64,000 bases of DNA from Paraspadella gotoi (GCA_051294375.1 CM119268.1:20601266-20665265), one strand, 5' to 3'; positions 1-13,364 are shown, numbered from the stretch's first letter. The notes: generated by a model from the letters alone, not told the origin. Numbers and translations: made by a program.

Positions 1-151
1 GAGAGAGAGAGAGAGAGAGAATATAACGATATTCGTGAGAAAAAAAATATCGTTTTCGGTCTTTTCAAGTTGATCCTGCTTCATTTTTCATTTCGTTGCT
101 TTTTTCATCCTCTCTACTTCCTCTTCTTATTCCTCCTCCTCTTCCTCCTGC

Positions 152-993
152 TTTTTTTAGTCGGATCTGCTTATCGCAGATTCCGACTCTATAATTCACT
201 TGTTCGGTCCGTCGGGCATTCACTTAAATCATGTCAGAACATCGAATTATGATAAATTAAGCAAAAAAAAAAAATGTCTGTCTGTCCATCCGTCCGTCTG
301 TCTGTCTGTCTGTCCCACCTTTTCATTAAACTCCAATAATTCGTGATTGGAAGGATGGATTGGAATGAAATTTTATGTGTGGGTAAGAAAGTGTGTAATT
401 GAGCTGGATATAAAGTTTCGATGGAATCGTGCTAGTGGAAATTAGTTTAAATGGATTGATGATTGATTGATTGATTGATTGACCAAATTATACCAGTTGA
501 CCAAATTATTCAAGTGAACAAATTCTGCAAGTTGACCAAATTATGCCAGTTGATAAAATTATGTCAGTTGACCAAATTATGCCAGTTGACCAAATTATGC
601 CGGTTGACCAAATTATGCCAGATGAGCAAATTATGCCAGTTGACCAAATTATGCTAGTTGACCAAATTATGCCCGTTGACCAAATTATGCCAGTTTACCA
701 AATTATGCCAATTGACCAAATTATGCCAGTAGAGCAAATTATGTTAGTTGACTATATTATACCAGTTGACCAAATAATGCAACTTGATTAAATTGATAGA
801 TCAATTGATTTATAGATTTTTTCATAGATTTATTAAGAAGTCTGTTATTGATTTGTTATGTTATAATTTGTTATGATCTGTTAAGATCACAAATTACAAG
901 TCAGAAAAATTACTGTATTTATCATCAGATTAGCTTATTAACCGCTTAATTATCGTAGGCAAGATCCGACACTTGTTTTGCTCAAACTTGTTT
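152..993 (+). mobile_element. DINE-1/HINE-like (Helentron-associated) non-autonomous element, copy 1
   Basis: T-run, 5' subterminal AGTCGGATCTGC with adjacent partial inverted copy (159-188), (GTCY)n microsatellite (~276-315), central tandem array, 3' inverted GCaAGATCCGAC (959-970), terminal stem-loop GTTT(T)G-CT-CAAAC, then TT. This matches the known DINE-1 architecture; the family assignment is by structure only. Confidence 0.75.
478..790. repeat. 18-bp minisatellite (GTTGACCAAATTATGCCA)n inside element copy 1
   Basis: About 16 visible units; it produces the spurious VDQIMP/LTKLCQ ORFs. Confidence 0.95.
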
Positions 994-1536
994 CTTTCTC
1001 TCTCTTTTTTTCTTTTCTTCTTTTCTTCTTCTTTCTCTTCTTTCTCTTCTCTTCGTCTTCTTTCTTTCTCTTCTCTTCTCTTCTCTTTTCTTCTCTTCTC
1101 TTATCTCTTCAGTCTTCACCGTTAAACTCTCAACCATTTTCGTTGTATTATTTTCACCACCTCATTTCTATCGTTGCCATTTACAGTCAATTTTATAAAG
1201 AAATCTGTCTGACCGACTATCTGTCCGTATGTCTGTATTTCTCTTTGTTTGCTTGTTTGCCTCGGTCTCTCTCTCTGTCTTTCCTCCATTTTTCAATCCC
1301 TATATTTCTCTTTTTTTCCTCTCTTTCTCTCCCTCTTTCTTGTTTTGTTCTATTGTCTCTTCAGACTTTCAAAGTTTCCCGCTTCTTTTCTCCCTCAAAA
1401 TCAGTTTGCATTTTATGCAAACATCAATTAATAAGAAAGCTCGTCTTCTACGAGGGTCATAATTGGCGCCAGCGAGAAAACCGCCGAGAATCAACTTTTT
1501 CTTTCAAATTTTTGTTTTTTTAGGAAAACCTTCACC

Positions 1537-1599
<63 letters not shown>

Positions 1600-3114
1600 T
1601 CATCTTCTCCCTCTCTCCCTCTCTCTCCCTCCCCCCGATTCATCCTCCCGAAAACGAGTGTCCTTTCATCCTGGATTATTCTCTTCGTCTCCAAAAAACC
1701 GAAAATCCGATTTTTCTGTCTTCAGAAAAGAAAAGAATTCATCATTCTCCTTCTCTTCGTCTTTTCTTCTTCCCCTCTGCTTCCTCCTTTTTTCTCCTTA
1801 TTTTTCCTCCTTTTTTCTCCTTATTTTTCTGTCTTCAGAAAAGAAAAGAATTCATGATTCTCCTCTTTTTCTTTTCTTCTTCCCCTCTGCTTCCTCCTTT
1901 TTTCTCCTTATTTTTCTCCTTTCTTCTTTTTGTACTCTTTCTTTTCTCCTTCTTTTACTCCCTTCGCTTTCCCTTTTTACCTTCCTTTTTTCCCTTATTT
2001 TCTCTCTTTTTTCTTCCTTTTTCTTCTCCTTTTTCTCCACTTCTTTTTATTATTTTTCTAAAACTTTAAATTCTCTTTTTTTTTGGGTGGGAGAGAAGAC
2101 TTTTGATATTTTAAGCTTATATACTTACTTTTCTTCTTCTTTCTTCTTCTTCATTATTTTTACATTTTTTCTTTTCTAATTCTCTTTCTACTTCTCTTCC
2201 ATTGACTCCCTCCGATTTGTTCATATTCTTACAAAAAAACATTTCTTCCTGGTTGCGCGTCGAGTAAAAAAAAAAGAAAAAAAGAAAAAGAAAAGAAAAA
2301 AGAAAAAGAAAAGAAAAAAAGAAAAAGAAAAGAAAAAAGGATTGTATTCTTGAGGAGGTTTTATCACTTGTTTCTCCCTCGAGAGCAAAAAGGAAAGTCA
2401 GATTTTTAGGCGGGAGAAATGAAAGACGAGTAAACTCTAGTATAAAAAAATGCGATGTTGGTTATTAGAGAAACGTGAGTTTGTACAATGCGAGGTGGGT
2501 CAGGGATCAATGCGGTTTCGCTATGAATCTTCAGTAGTCGCCTCTCTGTCTATTCGTTATCGACGGAAAAATTAAATCTAAATACAATAAAATATATTGA
2601 AGTCCTTTTGGTTCTCGCAAGACGTTGGGGTTCGCAATGTTGCAAATACTCAACAGTTTGTTTGCATTCTGTGCAAATAATTTATTATCATTAATGCAAA
2701 TCTCTTTTAAAACAGGGTTACGACAAACGAGGGAGAGGCGTTTTCAATCTCATAACAATTTTATGAATCGGAGTCGTTTTTAATATCAAGCAAGAAAGTA
2801 AGTTGTTAATAGAATAGAATGTAAGTTGTTAATAGAATAGAATCTTAGTAAAGAATGAAAAACGAAAGCATAAAGAATTCCACAGAGGAGATATTGATAA
2901 GTTTTGACCCTACTCTAGTGAGGATGACTTACCTAACTGACCACGATCCCCACTTACCCACGAAAAAAGACTTTTCCCTCTTTTCCTTCGTCATGTCATC
3001 TTCTTTATTCCCTCATATCGAGATTCAAGAGAAGTGGAAATGAGTGGAAATGAAAATAACAAAAGTCATATTTACTTGAATTATTTTTACTCATAATTAT
3101 TATATTGATTACAA

Positions 3115-3592
3115 ATTGGATATATAAATTGAAATGAAATTTTGTGTGTGGATAGGAAAGTATGTGGTTAAACTGGATATAAATTTTTGATGGAATCGTA
3201 GGAGCGGAAAAGAGTTTAAATTAGAAAAACAAAAGATAAATTTATTTGAATTTTTCAAAGTTTCCCTCTCTCTATCTTTCTCTGATTGATTGATAGATTG
3301 ATTGATTGATTAATTGATTGATTGATTGATTGATTGATAAAATTCTGAAAGTTGAACAAATTCTGCAAGTTGACCAATTTATGCCAGTTGATAAAATTAT
3401 GCCAGTAGACAAAATTGATTCATAATTTTTTTTCTTATATTTATTAAGAAGTCTGTTATGAATTGTTATGTTACGATTTGTTAAGAAATTGAAATTAAAA
3501 GTCAGAAAAGATTACTGTGAATTATCATCGGATTAGCTTATTACCGATTGATTATGGTAGGCAGATCCGACATTGTTTGCTCAAACTTGTTT
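3115..3592 (+). mobile_element. DINE-1/HINE-like element, copy 2 (5'-truncated)
   Basis: Colinear with ~355-993, including a short 18-bp array and the GCAGATCCGACATTGTTTGCTCAAACTTGTT end. Confidence 0.75.
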
Positions 3593-3620
3593 CACATATA
3601 GTTTTGACTGGGGCTTATAA

Positions 3621-3962
3621 TTTTTTAGTCGGATCTGGTTTCAGCAGATCCCAACTCTATATGGAACTTGATGCAATTTAAAGAAATTATGCAAGTTGAA
3701 AAAAAAGATGCAAGTTAAAAAAAATGATGCAAGTTAAAAAAATGATGCGAATTGTAATAATAATGCAAATTCAAAAAATGATGTGAGTTGAAAAAAAGAT
3801 GCGAGTGGAAAAAATGATGCGAGTTGAAAAAATGATGCGATTTTAAAAAAATGATGCGAGTTAAAAAAATTTGTAAAAAATATTGTGATTTATCATCTGA
3901 TTATCTGATTACCGCTTAATTATCGTAGGCAGTTCCGACATTGTTTGCTCAAACTTGTTTTT
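3621..3962 (+). mobile_element. DINE-1/HINE-like element, copy 3 (short, different central repeat)
   Basis: Same 5' TTTTAGTCGGATCTG..CAGATCC and the same 3' end; the interior is a ~20-bp AAAAAATGATGCGAGTTG array. Confidence 0.75.
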
Positions 3963-4140
3963 TTACGTTTTAGTTTAGTTCATGTTGTTTTTTTCAAAAG
4001 AGATTTATGGATGGAACTGATTTTACACAACTTACATTTGTAGTCTCATGAGTAAGGATTGAGTGTTGCCTTTAATCAGGATTACAAAACGATTGCATCC
4101 CGAAAAAGTAAGAAAAGAAATATTTGAAGGTCGGTTTAGT

Positions 4141-4216
<76 letters not shown>

Positions 4217-4462
4217 TATTTCTTTCTTTCTTTCTTTCTTTTTTTCTTTCTTTCTTTCTTTCTTTCTTCCCCTCCATTCGGGGTTGGGTTTTTGCTCTTA
4301 TTTTACTGTGAAAATAAATCATCGTTGTTTCAGACATTTTTTACGCGAAGAAAAAATATTTATTTTTTTTATTTCAATTTTTTATGTCTTGTTTGACGTA
4401 GAAAAGAAAAAAAAGAAATCTTCTAGAAATCTCTTATGCCATTTGCTCGATCCAGTTTTGTC

Positions 4463-4510
<48 letters not shown>

Positions 4511-5202
4511 TATATATATATATCCAGTCTTTTCATCAGAGAGAATAATTGAGAAAGAGAAAGAGAAAGAGAAAGAGAAAGGAGAAAAAGAAAATTCACG
4601 ATTAGCGGTTAAGAACTTACTTAACTTACTTAACTTACTTAACTTACTTAACTTACTTAACTCTAACATGAAATAAGAAACATGAAAAAAACGTTAAAAG
4701 AAGAAAGAAAATAAAAAGGAAATAAAAAGAAGAAAACAAAAAGAATCGATTAATATTTCTCCTCTATCGACAAGAGAGAAAAAAAGGAAAACCGATATAT
4801 TATATTATATATTGAATGTATAGAGTGAGAAGAAAGAAAAATAACGAGAGAAGTTTTATAGAAAAAGGAATTTAATAAATACTGAAAGAAATAAAAAAAA
4901 AATTAAATTTAAGACTTGAAAGAGAAGATTCATCGGAAATGGAAAGGTGAGATCAGGTGAGAATATATATATTGTTTAACGTATTATCAACAAGAGTTAT
5001 TTACTAAAATGACATTTTAAGGCCCTCAGTTTGAAACATTGCTACTAATTTAAAATATTTTTATTAATGTAAAAATTCAGAAAAAAAAGGTTGACGACAG
5101 AGAAAATTGAAAAAAAGGAGGAAGTCGTGAAATAAATCATTAGCAGAAAAACAATCAACGAGAGTTGGAAAGAGATAAAATAGCAATAACTTGGAGGCAG
5201 GG

Positions 5203-5264
<62 letters not shown>

Positions 5265-5571
5265 GAAACAATTTTATTGGCTTCACTCGGAAATAAAATG
5301 TCAATTAATGCCAAGTATGAAGCGAATTGAAATTAAATCTGTTTATTCTATAACGACATAAAGCAATACAAGTTTTCTGGTTTAACATGAGGACGCTGCT
5401 TGTTCCATTTTTCTTTTAGAATAAATTACATTTTGTTGTTAAATTAATTTTTACGTTTTAAATGAAAGATCTAATTTAAATTAATTGTGGTAATAACCTT
5501 TCTTTTTTCGTTGTTATATGTATTGAGGCAAAATGGTTTTAGTTCACAACGAATTTTATTTTTCATAGAAA

Positions 5572-5612
5572 ACGTACATGTTTCGGCTTTGGATGCAAGC
5601 CTTCTTCAGCGT
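5572..5612 (-). ncRNA. Minimal type I hammerhead ribozyme motif (intact core)
   Basis: Minus strand: ACG CUGAAGA A GGCUU-gcaucca-AAGCC GAA ACAUGU A CGU. It has CUGANGA, stem II, GAAA, palindromic ACAUGU stem III, a GUA triplet, and ACG/CGU stem I. Confidence 0.65.
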
Positions 5613-5647
5613 AAAAAAAAAACTGTCCAAAATTTCACAAATCATTT

Positions 5648-5690
5648 GATGCTGAAAAAGGCTTGCTTCCAAAGCCGAAACATGTACGTT
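5648..5690 (+). ncRNA. Minimal hammerhead motif, second copy with mutated core (CUGAAAA)
   Basis: GATG CTGAAAA A GGCTT-gcttcca-AAGCC GAA ACATGT A CGTT; the G8 position is A, so probably inactive. Confidence 0.5.
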
Positions 5691-6040
5691 TTCTATGAAA
5701 AATAAAATTAGTTGTGAACTAAAACCATTTTGCCTCAAATTAAACAATTTAAAAAGTTTGGTTTAAACTACTGCTGTGCGTTTGTCGTGCAAAAGTTTCG
5801 GGCAAACGGTTGAACGCAATCGGGTGAAGGAAAGCAGCAATCGAGTGAAGGGCAGCGGTTAAGGGCAGCGATTAAGGGCAGCGGTTAAGGGCAGCGGTTA
5901 AGGGCAGCGATTAAAGGCAGCAGTTCAGGGCAGAAATTTGAGGCCAAATTGATTGGTGGAAATCGACGCTGACATTTTACGCTGTATGAACCCAGCAAAG
6001 TTGAGGGCAAGAATGCGAAGAGCTTGGGTGAGAGAGAGAC

Positions 6041-6111
<71 letters not shown>

Positions 6112-6805
6112 TAAAGAATGAGATAGTAGGCGAAATAAGCGACAAACAGCTAACACAAAAGGAAGAAAAAGAAGAAAACGTTATGAAGCATAACAACAGC
6201 CTTATTATAATTATCAAGATTAGCGATTACATTATCATTATTATCATTATTGAGGATTTTACCGTAACGCCGTGAGCGAGCTAGTGTTTTCTGACTTGCT
6301 ATTTATTTATAGAGATTCGAAGAATGTAAATTTAGTAATATTTATTGTAGTAGACATAACATGAGCGTGAGACGTGAAGCAAGTAGAAGGGAGACATAAA
6401 GCAAGTCGAAGGGAGACATAAAGCAAGTCGAAGGGAGACTATTTCTAAAGATACAAAAAAAAAGAACTTATTAAAAATAGTCAACTTTAAGCTTAACCAT
6501 AAAATTACAAAATATCATTTTAAATGCTTACCGACTGTCACGAATCATTGGTAACTTATCCTCTTAGTTTTAGGTAAGTACATCTCTTTTATATCTTTTA
6601 TATCATAAGGACTAACCAATCAGAGAGCGACTTTTAAAATACTTGATCAATCAGATACTTCGTAAGCAACAAAAATACGAATTCAATAATAAAAAGGGCA
6701 TCAAACAACCGAGAGACTATCTCGTAACAAATAAAAATTTAACAATCATTATTACCCTCATCATTAACTTCTACCGTGTCATCATTACCGTCTTCATCGG
6801 AACCA

Positions 6806-6836
<31 letters not shown>

Positions 6837-7184
6837 TACCATCCATTTTTTTTCTCCTCTCGTCTCAGCCTCTTTATGTACGCCTACCGCTCCGTCCCAG
6901 CGATGAATCTCACAGACGAGCAACTGAACTTCCGTTGATAAATCTATTGGTTCTCCGCTGAAAAAAGGGGACTCTCTCTCTTTTCAATCCACATTATTTC
7001 TCTCTCTCCTCTCTCTCTCTCTCTCTCTTTCTCTTTATTTCTTTCTCTCAGCCTTTCTTTCTCTCACCCTTCTTATTCATATCTCTCGCTCTCAATCTTT
7101 GTCTCTCTCTCTTTCTCCGACTTCTTCCCTTTCCTTTTCCCTCAGTGACAACAATGACCTTAAAAACCGGATCCGAAAAAGAGA

Positions 7185-7215
<31 letters not shown>

Positions 7216-8513
7216 TTCGAATTCCCGGAAAGGCCGTTTTCGGATTTTCCGGTAAAGCGAGAGGCGAGAGGCGAATTATCGGCCGAGACTTTTATCGCTT
7301 CTCCGGTTCATTCGCTTCATTGCTTCGTCTCTTCATTGTTAATAGACAATAATTATAAGTTTTAACTTTAAAAATGTATATAAAATTATTAACGAAGTTT
7401 TTTCTTTCGCCGTCATTGGTGGAGAATTATTTAAACAAGTTAAACAAACATTATTAAAATTCATATTTATGACATTACATTTAACCATTTTTACCCCAAG
7501 GACCCGATACTAACCATTTTTTATATTTTTTTCTTTAACAGATTTTCAATTTGAATCGCGAATCCATGAAGACAAATCGACTCCGATGATGATGTATTTT
7601 TTGGAGAAAAAAAGAACAAACATTCAAAATGAACTAAAATAACCAAAATGGAAAAAAGAATCAAATGGAAAAAATGAGAAAATGGTGAAATTCACAGAAA
7701 AAAAGAAATAAAAAAGTGAAAAGGAAAATAATGTGAAAAAGTGAAACTGGAAAAGGAAATCAAGAAATGATAAAGTGACTGTCGCAGTTCAGTTTTATAT
7801 ACGCGTTTCATTTCGAATTATATTCGAAAAACGGTCATTATCGCTTTTTTCGACGTCGTCTTCGTCGCTATCGTCGTCATCGTCGCTATCGTCGTCATCG
7901 TCGCTATCGTCGCTATCGTCGTCATCGGCGTCGTCGTTCGACATAAACGATCGTTTGAAGTGAAAAGTTATTTTTGGAAGAATCATTGGGAAAAGTAAAG
8001 ATGATAGAGAGAGAGAGTAGAGAGAGAGAGAGAAGAGAGAGGAGAGAGAGAGAGAGAGAGAAGAGACGAGAGAGAGAGAAGAGATAGAGAGAGGAAGAAT
8101 CATTGGAAAAGTAAAGATGATATATATAAATAATATTAACGAAAAACAACCAGAAACGAAAAAATTAATTCGTGTTGCTTCTCTTTCTGTTTTTACTTAA
8201 ATCTTCGACTCCAAAAAAAAAAAAGAAAAAAAGAAAAAAAAGAAATCAAAATTCAAATTTTAAAAATTTTCAAAATCATCGACCAAAAAAATCCTTTGCA
8301 GTCACTCAAAAATGATGCTGAAGAGATTTCCTGAAAAATTTCCTTTCCTGCATTCAAGAATATTAATAATTTTTATTATTTTTAAAGAATAATATACATG
8401 TATCATGAAATTGGTACAACCGTACAACATATATGAAAATTATCCATTCGTTTATTAAATCAGCTATCTTGCCCCTGACTTTCGAGAGGCTTTGGTGGTT
8501 TAAGGCCTCTATC

Positions 8514-8822
8514 AATACATCACCTCGTCTCTTCGGAGGCGTGGGTTCGAATCCCACCCCTGCCACCACATTTAAGTAAGTAGAAAGGGATTTCAACATG
8601 ATACCAAAGTGGAATTTATTTCAATTTATGAACAAGTGTAAGACGGTGTCAGAATTTGAGACAGAGTGAATCAGTACAAAAATGGTCAGTATTTTTATAC
8701 AGGGAAATCAAATCATCGACACGGGCTGGTTTTCCCGATGGCATGAAGCCTATCTTGTGATTGGTGGCTTCACTTATTGGTTCGTCCAATGAGAGGGCAG
8801 AATCCGGCTTCCGGCGGATTGT
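8514..8822 (+). mobile_element. Dispersed repeat beginning with the 3' half of tRNA-Leu plus CCA, copy 1
   Basis: GTCTCTTCGGAGGCGTGGGTTCGAATCCCACCCCTGCCA-CCA (8527-8568) resembles the variable arm, T arm and acceptor strand of eukaryotic tRNA-Leu. A ~250-bp tail is shared with 52539-52830. Confidence 0.75.
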
Positions 8823-8936
8823 GGGTAAAGCAAAACATATCACATTCTATTTTAGTTGTAACGAATAAATTAATACGGTATCCCTCTGACGTTGGCTGGC
8901 CGATCGGAGAAGCGACAAGAGAAGTATACGTGAAAA

Positions 8937-9060
<124 letters not shown>

Positions 9061-9427
9061 ACAAAATTTATGTTGACGTCATCATCTTCTCGGATTTTAA
9101 AGAAACCGACAAAAGTTCGACGAGGACAAGTCGAAACATGTCCGTTTTTAATAAAAACAAATTCGTTGAAGAAGCAATTTTCAAACTATTTCTTAGACGA
9201 GGATGGCAAAATCTTACCCAAACGGAAATAAATGCTAACTAATTCATGGATTAATTTATACTCTAGACTTTTTTTGAATATGAGCATATAGGACATAAAA
9301 TATGCAACAATAGAATACAAACGAACTGAAATGTAGATGTCCATTTTTAGTTGTGGTTTCGTCTTTTCAACGACACTAAACGTCAAAAAAACATCTTTTC
9401 TTGTAGCATCTTTACGCGATTTTATTC

Positions 9428-9469
<42 letters not shown>

Positions 9470-10672
9470 AGACGATGGTGCAGGAATGAGAAAAAATGAA
9501 GGAAATTCACGAGAAAAAGTGAGACTTGTGATGAATGATGAAAAAGTATGAGAAAGAAAAATCACTTTTTCGCCTAAACGCAACAAATTTAAAAAAAAGT
9601 AATAAAAAGAAAAGAAAGAAAGAAAGAACAAAAAAGAAGACTGAAGGGATGTATTTATCTAAGGTTGGGCTCTAACTACGCTCTCGTCAGGGAAAAGAGG
9701 TATGTATGGTAAGAAATATATTGGTAATATATAAACAGGTATAAAAAAGGGAGCAAGGGTACATAAAAGGGGGAGAGGGGAGAATGAAGGCTTGAGGACC
9801 CCGAGACCGAGAGAGAGAAGTTGTAATGTCGATCCCCACGACCCGTGACTCGGGGATGAGGAGGAGGGGACGACGAGGGGAGGAGGAGGGAGAGACGTTG
9901 AAAGGGGGAAGAGAAGACCCAGGGGAGAGAAAGGTCCTGGCGGTAGGGGAAGACTCTATCCTGGAAGAAAAAAGAAAAAAGTAGAAGAAAGAAAAGAAAA
10001 GAGAATCATAGAGTGGAATTATAAATAAAAAAAAAGAAAAGAAAAGAAAAGAAAAGAAAAGAAAAGAAAAGAAAAGAAAAGAAAAGAAAAGAAAAGAAAA
10101 GAAAAGAAAAGAAAAGAGGATCATAGAGTCGAATTATAAATCAAAAAGTCCCGCGGCTACGACCCACATAAACTACAGATAGAAAAATTGGCCGAGAGAC
10201 AAACAAAAATGCAAAAGGGCGGGAAAAATCACCTTTTCATTTTTTGTAATGTATTAACTAAAGTTAGGCGCCATTTTTTTGTTCATTGTGTTATAAGTTT
10301 AAGCAATCTTGTTACTTGAAAATGTAAAAAGTGAATGTAAATGTAAGATAATTATTAATTTTCATTTAATAAAGGAAAGAATTAAAAAATGATATTAAAT
10401 GCTAAGTCAATCCCATTTTCTCATCATTCGCTATTTTCCTTCATCAAAAATGGATGCTCTTTTGTTTTTTGACCCCAACTTCGAAAGCGACTTCTGGCGG
10501 AGAATTGGATAAAAAACGACAACAACAACAAGTGAATCTTTTATTGTGGAAAGAATCAACAAGATTAAACTAAAAGTAATTAATGAATGAATAAGAATAA
10601 GAATTTAAAGTTATATTCAAAAGTTAGTAGAATTTAAAATATCATCAAAAGATCATCCTGTATCAATAAAAT

Positions 10673-10730
<58 letters not shown>

Positions 10731-10981
10731 GCATCATCATCATCATTATCATTATTATCATCATCATCAGCATCTTTATCATAAACATCAACTTCATCAT
10801 CATCATTATCATTATTATCATCATCATCATCGTTATGACAACCTCGCATGAAAATTGACCTCTAAGAAAAACTCGCCAAATTTATGACGCGTCTTTTTGA
10901 CCAATAAAAATCACCAAAGAAAATTAACTCTTCAGTCCCTTCAGAAAAAAAAATCTACGATTTCTTGGATCTGAGACGGAT

Positions 10982-11017
<36 letters not shown>

Positions 11018-11814
11018 NNNNNNNNNNNNNNNNNNNNNNNNNNNNNNNNNNNNNNNNNNNNNNNNNNNNNNNNNNNNNNNNNNNNNNNNNNNNNNNNNNN
11101 NNNNNNNNNNNNNNNNNNNNNNNNNNNNNNNNNNNNNNNNNNNNNNNNNNNNNNNNNNNNNNNNNNNNNNNNNNNNNNNNNNNNNNNNNNNNNNNNNNNN
11201 NNNNNNNNNNNNNNNNNNNNNNNNNNNNNGAGAGAGAGAGAGAGAGAGAGAGAGTCTCCTCTTTCTTTGATTTATTTTACGACGAACATTCATCTCCGGC
11301 GAAGCAGATGATGTCATTTAGGAGGTCGTGCCGACGTCATTCGATGTCATTCAGTGTCATTCGATGTCATTTGATGCCATTCAATGTCATTCAATGTCAT
11401 TCGAATTTTTTGCCATTTATTTCATTTCTTTTGATGCTATCTCTCTTCTCGTTGATGTTATACTTTTAGAATCTCGATGTAATCTGACGCAACTAGACGT
11501 CATTTGACCCTTGTCAAATAATCTCTCTCCCTCTCNNNNNNNNNNNNNNNNNNNNNNNNNNNNNNNNNNNNNNNNNNNNNNNNNNNNNNNNNNNNNNNNN
11601 NNNNNNNNNNNNNNNNNNNNNNNNNNNNNNNNNNNTTGATCCACCCGTCGACCGAAACGACTGACATCCCCATTACGTTATGTTTAGTTCTAACTGAATT
11701 AGACTCATTAAAATAATAAAATACAAAGAGAGATGCAAAAGATAAATTTAAAAAATCAATGCTAAACAAATTCTTTTCATCATTATGTAGTCGGGCATTG
11801 CATAAGTTCACCTC

Positions 11815-11960
11815 ACCTATAAGCACGCTGGCTCATTCCGTAAAGCCATCAGCTCATGACCACTAGGTACCGGGTTCAATCCCATCCCGGTACCTACTCT
11901 GCGGGAAGTGTGAGGACGTCCGTAAGCCGCCTTGTCGGACTGACCGATTGTCTGAAAGAG
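11815..11960 (+). mobile_element. tRNA-derived SINE-like head
   Basis: A-box-like TGGCTCA and B-box-like GGTTCAATCCC in a GGTACCGGG/CCCGGTACC stem, then a GC-rich tail. There is no proper cloverleaf. Confidence 0.45.
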
Positions 11961-12188
11961 AATGGATCTTAAATCCTCCAAAACTCCTCTCATTTCTGAG
12001 AAATGCGTAATTGTTAAATCGTCCGAATCCGCGACTTTTTTTCCCCTCATAACCTTCACTATTTCCTACTTTCTTTTTTTTTCTTTCTTTTACTTTTTAA
12101 AAAAATTAATCTCTTTTGCTATTTAGTCTCTTTTCCTTTGTATTTTGAATTTTTTTTCTCGCCACGTTTTTTACTCGTTCTCTATTAT

Positions 12189-12262
<74 letters not shown>

Positions 12263-12575
12263 ACCCAACTGAGAAGGCGCCCAAGTCTTCTACTTGGACA
12301 AAGAAACTCGAGACTCGGGTGGAGTCAAGGAAGAAAGAATAGAGAGAGAAACTGCGACCCCGAGATATTGGAAAAACCACAAAGAGATAAAAATAGAGAC
12401 AGAGACATCGAGAGAAACGAGGGAGAGAGAGATAAAGAGAGAGAGAGCGAGTGGTCAAACCGTGTCAGGTGAGTGACCGAGAAAATGAAGAGATTGAGAA
12501 AGAAACGTGAATGAAGGAGATAAGAGAAAATGAAACCACGTGAGGTCCTAGTTTTATGGCCGCAATCGATCATTT

Positions 12576-12625
<50 letters not shown>

Positions 12626-12929
12626 GAATTTGATATTCCCCCCAGGTGTAAGAAAAAATGAGAGAGCTTCCTGAGAAGAAGATAAGTTTTTATCTCTTTC
12701 TTCACCTTAACTCTTTTGTCCTTCTTTCTCCCTATAATTCCTTCTCCTTCACATTTAATTCTTCATACACTTTTTCTAATTATCCTTTCTTTTTTCTGTC
12801 TTTTTCTCATTTCTTTCCTTTTTTTCATTTCTCTTTCCTTTCCTTTTTCCTTTCCTTTTTCCTTTTTTTTTCTACTTTCCTCTACTTTCCATTCGATTCT
12901 ATCCTTAGAGTTTCTAGCTCTCCTACTAC

Positions 12930-13290
12930 GATGTTCTTTTCCTCCTTTCCTCTTTCCTTTCCTCTTTCCCTTTCTTTTTCCTTTCCTCTTTCCTTTCCTA
13001 TTTCCTCTCCTCTTTCCATTCATTTTTCTTCTTTCCTCTTTCCCTTTCTCTTTCCTTTCCTCTTTCCTTTCCTATTTCCTCTCCTCTTTTCATTCATTTT
13101 TCTTCTTTCCTCTTTCCCTTTCTCTTTCCTTTCCTCTTTCCTTTCCTATTTCCTCTCCTCTTCCCATTCATTTTTCTTCTTTCCTCTTTCCCTTTCTCTT
13201 TCCTTTCCTCTTTCCTTTCCTATTTCCTCTCCTCTTTGCATTCATTTTTCTTCTTTCCTCTTTCCCTTTCTCTTTCATTTCCTCCTTCCC
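12930..13290. repeat. Pyrimidine-rich ~75-bp tandem repeat
   Basis: Recurrent TTTCCTATTTCCTCTCCTCTT..CATTCATTTTTCTTCTTTCCTC, about 4 units. Confidence 0.85.
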
Positions 13291-13364
13291 CTTCTTTCTC
13301 ACTTTCGGTTCCCTTTGTTGCCCCCGAGATTCTTTTTTTTTTCCTGCGTGAGTCTGATATCTTT

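Larger units (their letters stand above)
5523..5738. mobile_element. Penelope-like element-derived palindrome (two inverted pLTR-like arms)
   Basis: Near-perfect ~90-bp inverted arms (5523-5612 / 5648-5738). Each arm reads outward as a hammerhead motif followed by AATAAA. Confidence 0.65.

Noticed and set aside
475-791. Repetitive ORFs (VDQIMP)n / (LTKLCQ)n and a possible CRISPR-like array
   Set aside because: Head-to-tail 18-bp minisatellite without spacers, lying inside a non-autonomous transposon.
978-2179. Long Phe/Ser/Leu-rich ORFs (also 12658-13404, 20098-21169, 29894-30870, 44769-45458)
   Set aside because: Translations of pyrimidine tracts and N-gaps; no domain motifs.
8480-8568. 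Functional tRNA-Leu gene
   Set aside because: Only the 3' half matches. There is no acceptor 5' strand or anticodon arm, and it belongs to a dispersed repeat.
9780-9961. Possible minus-strand exon after a good-looking acceptor (TTTCTTCCAG)
   Set aside because: Low-complexity Ser/Pro translation, no clear donor or partner exon.
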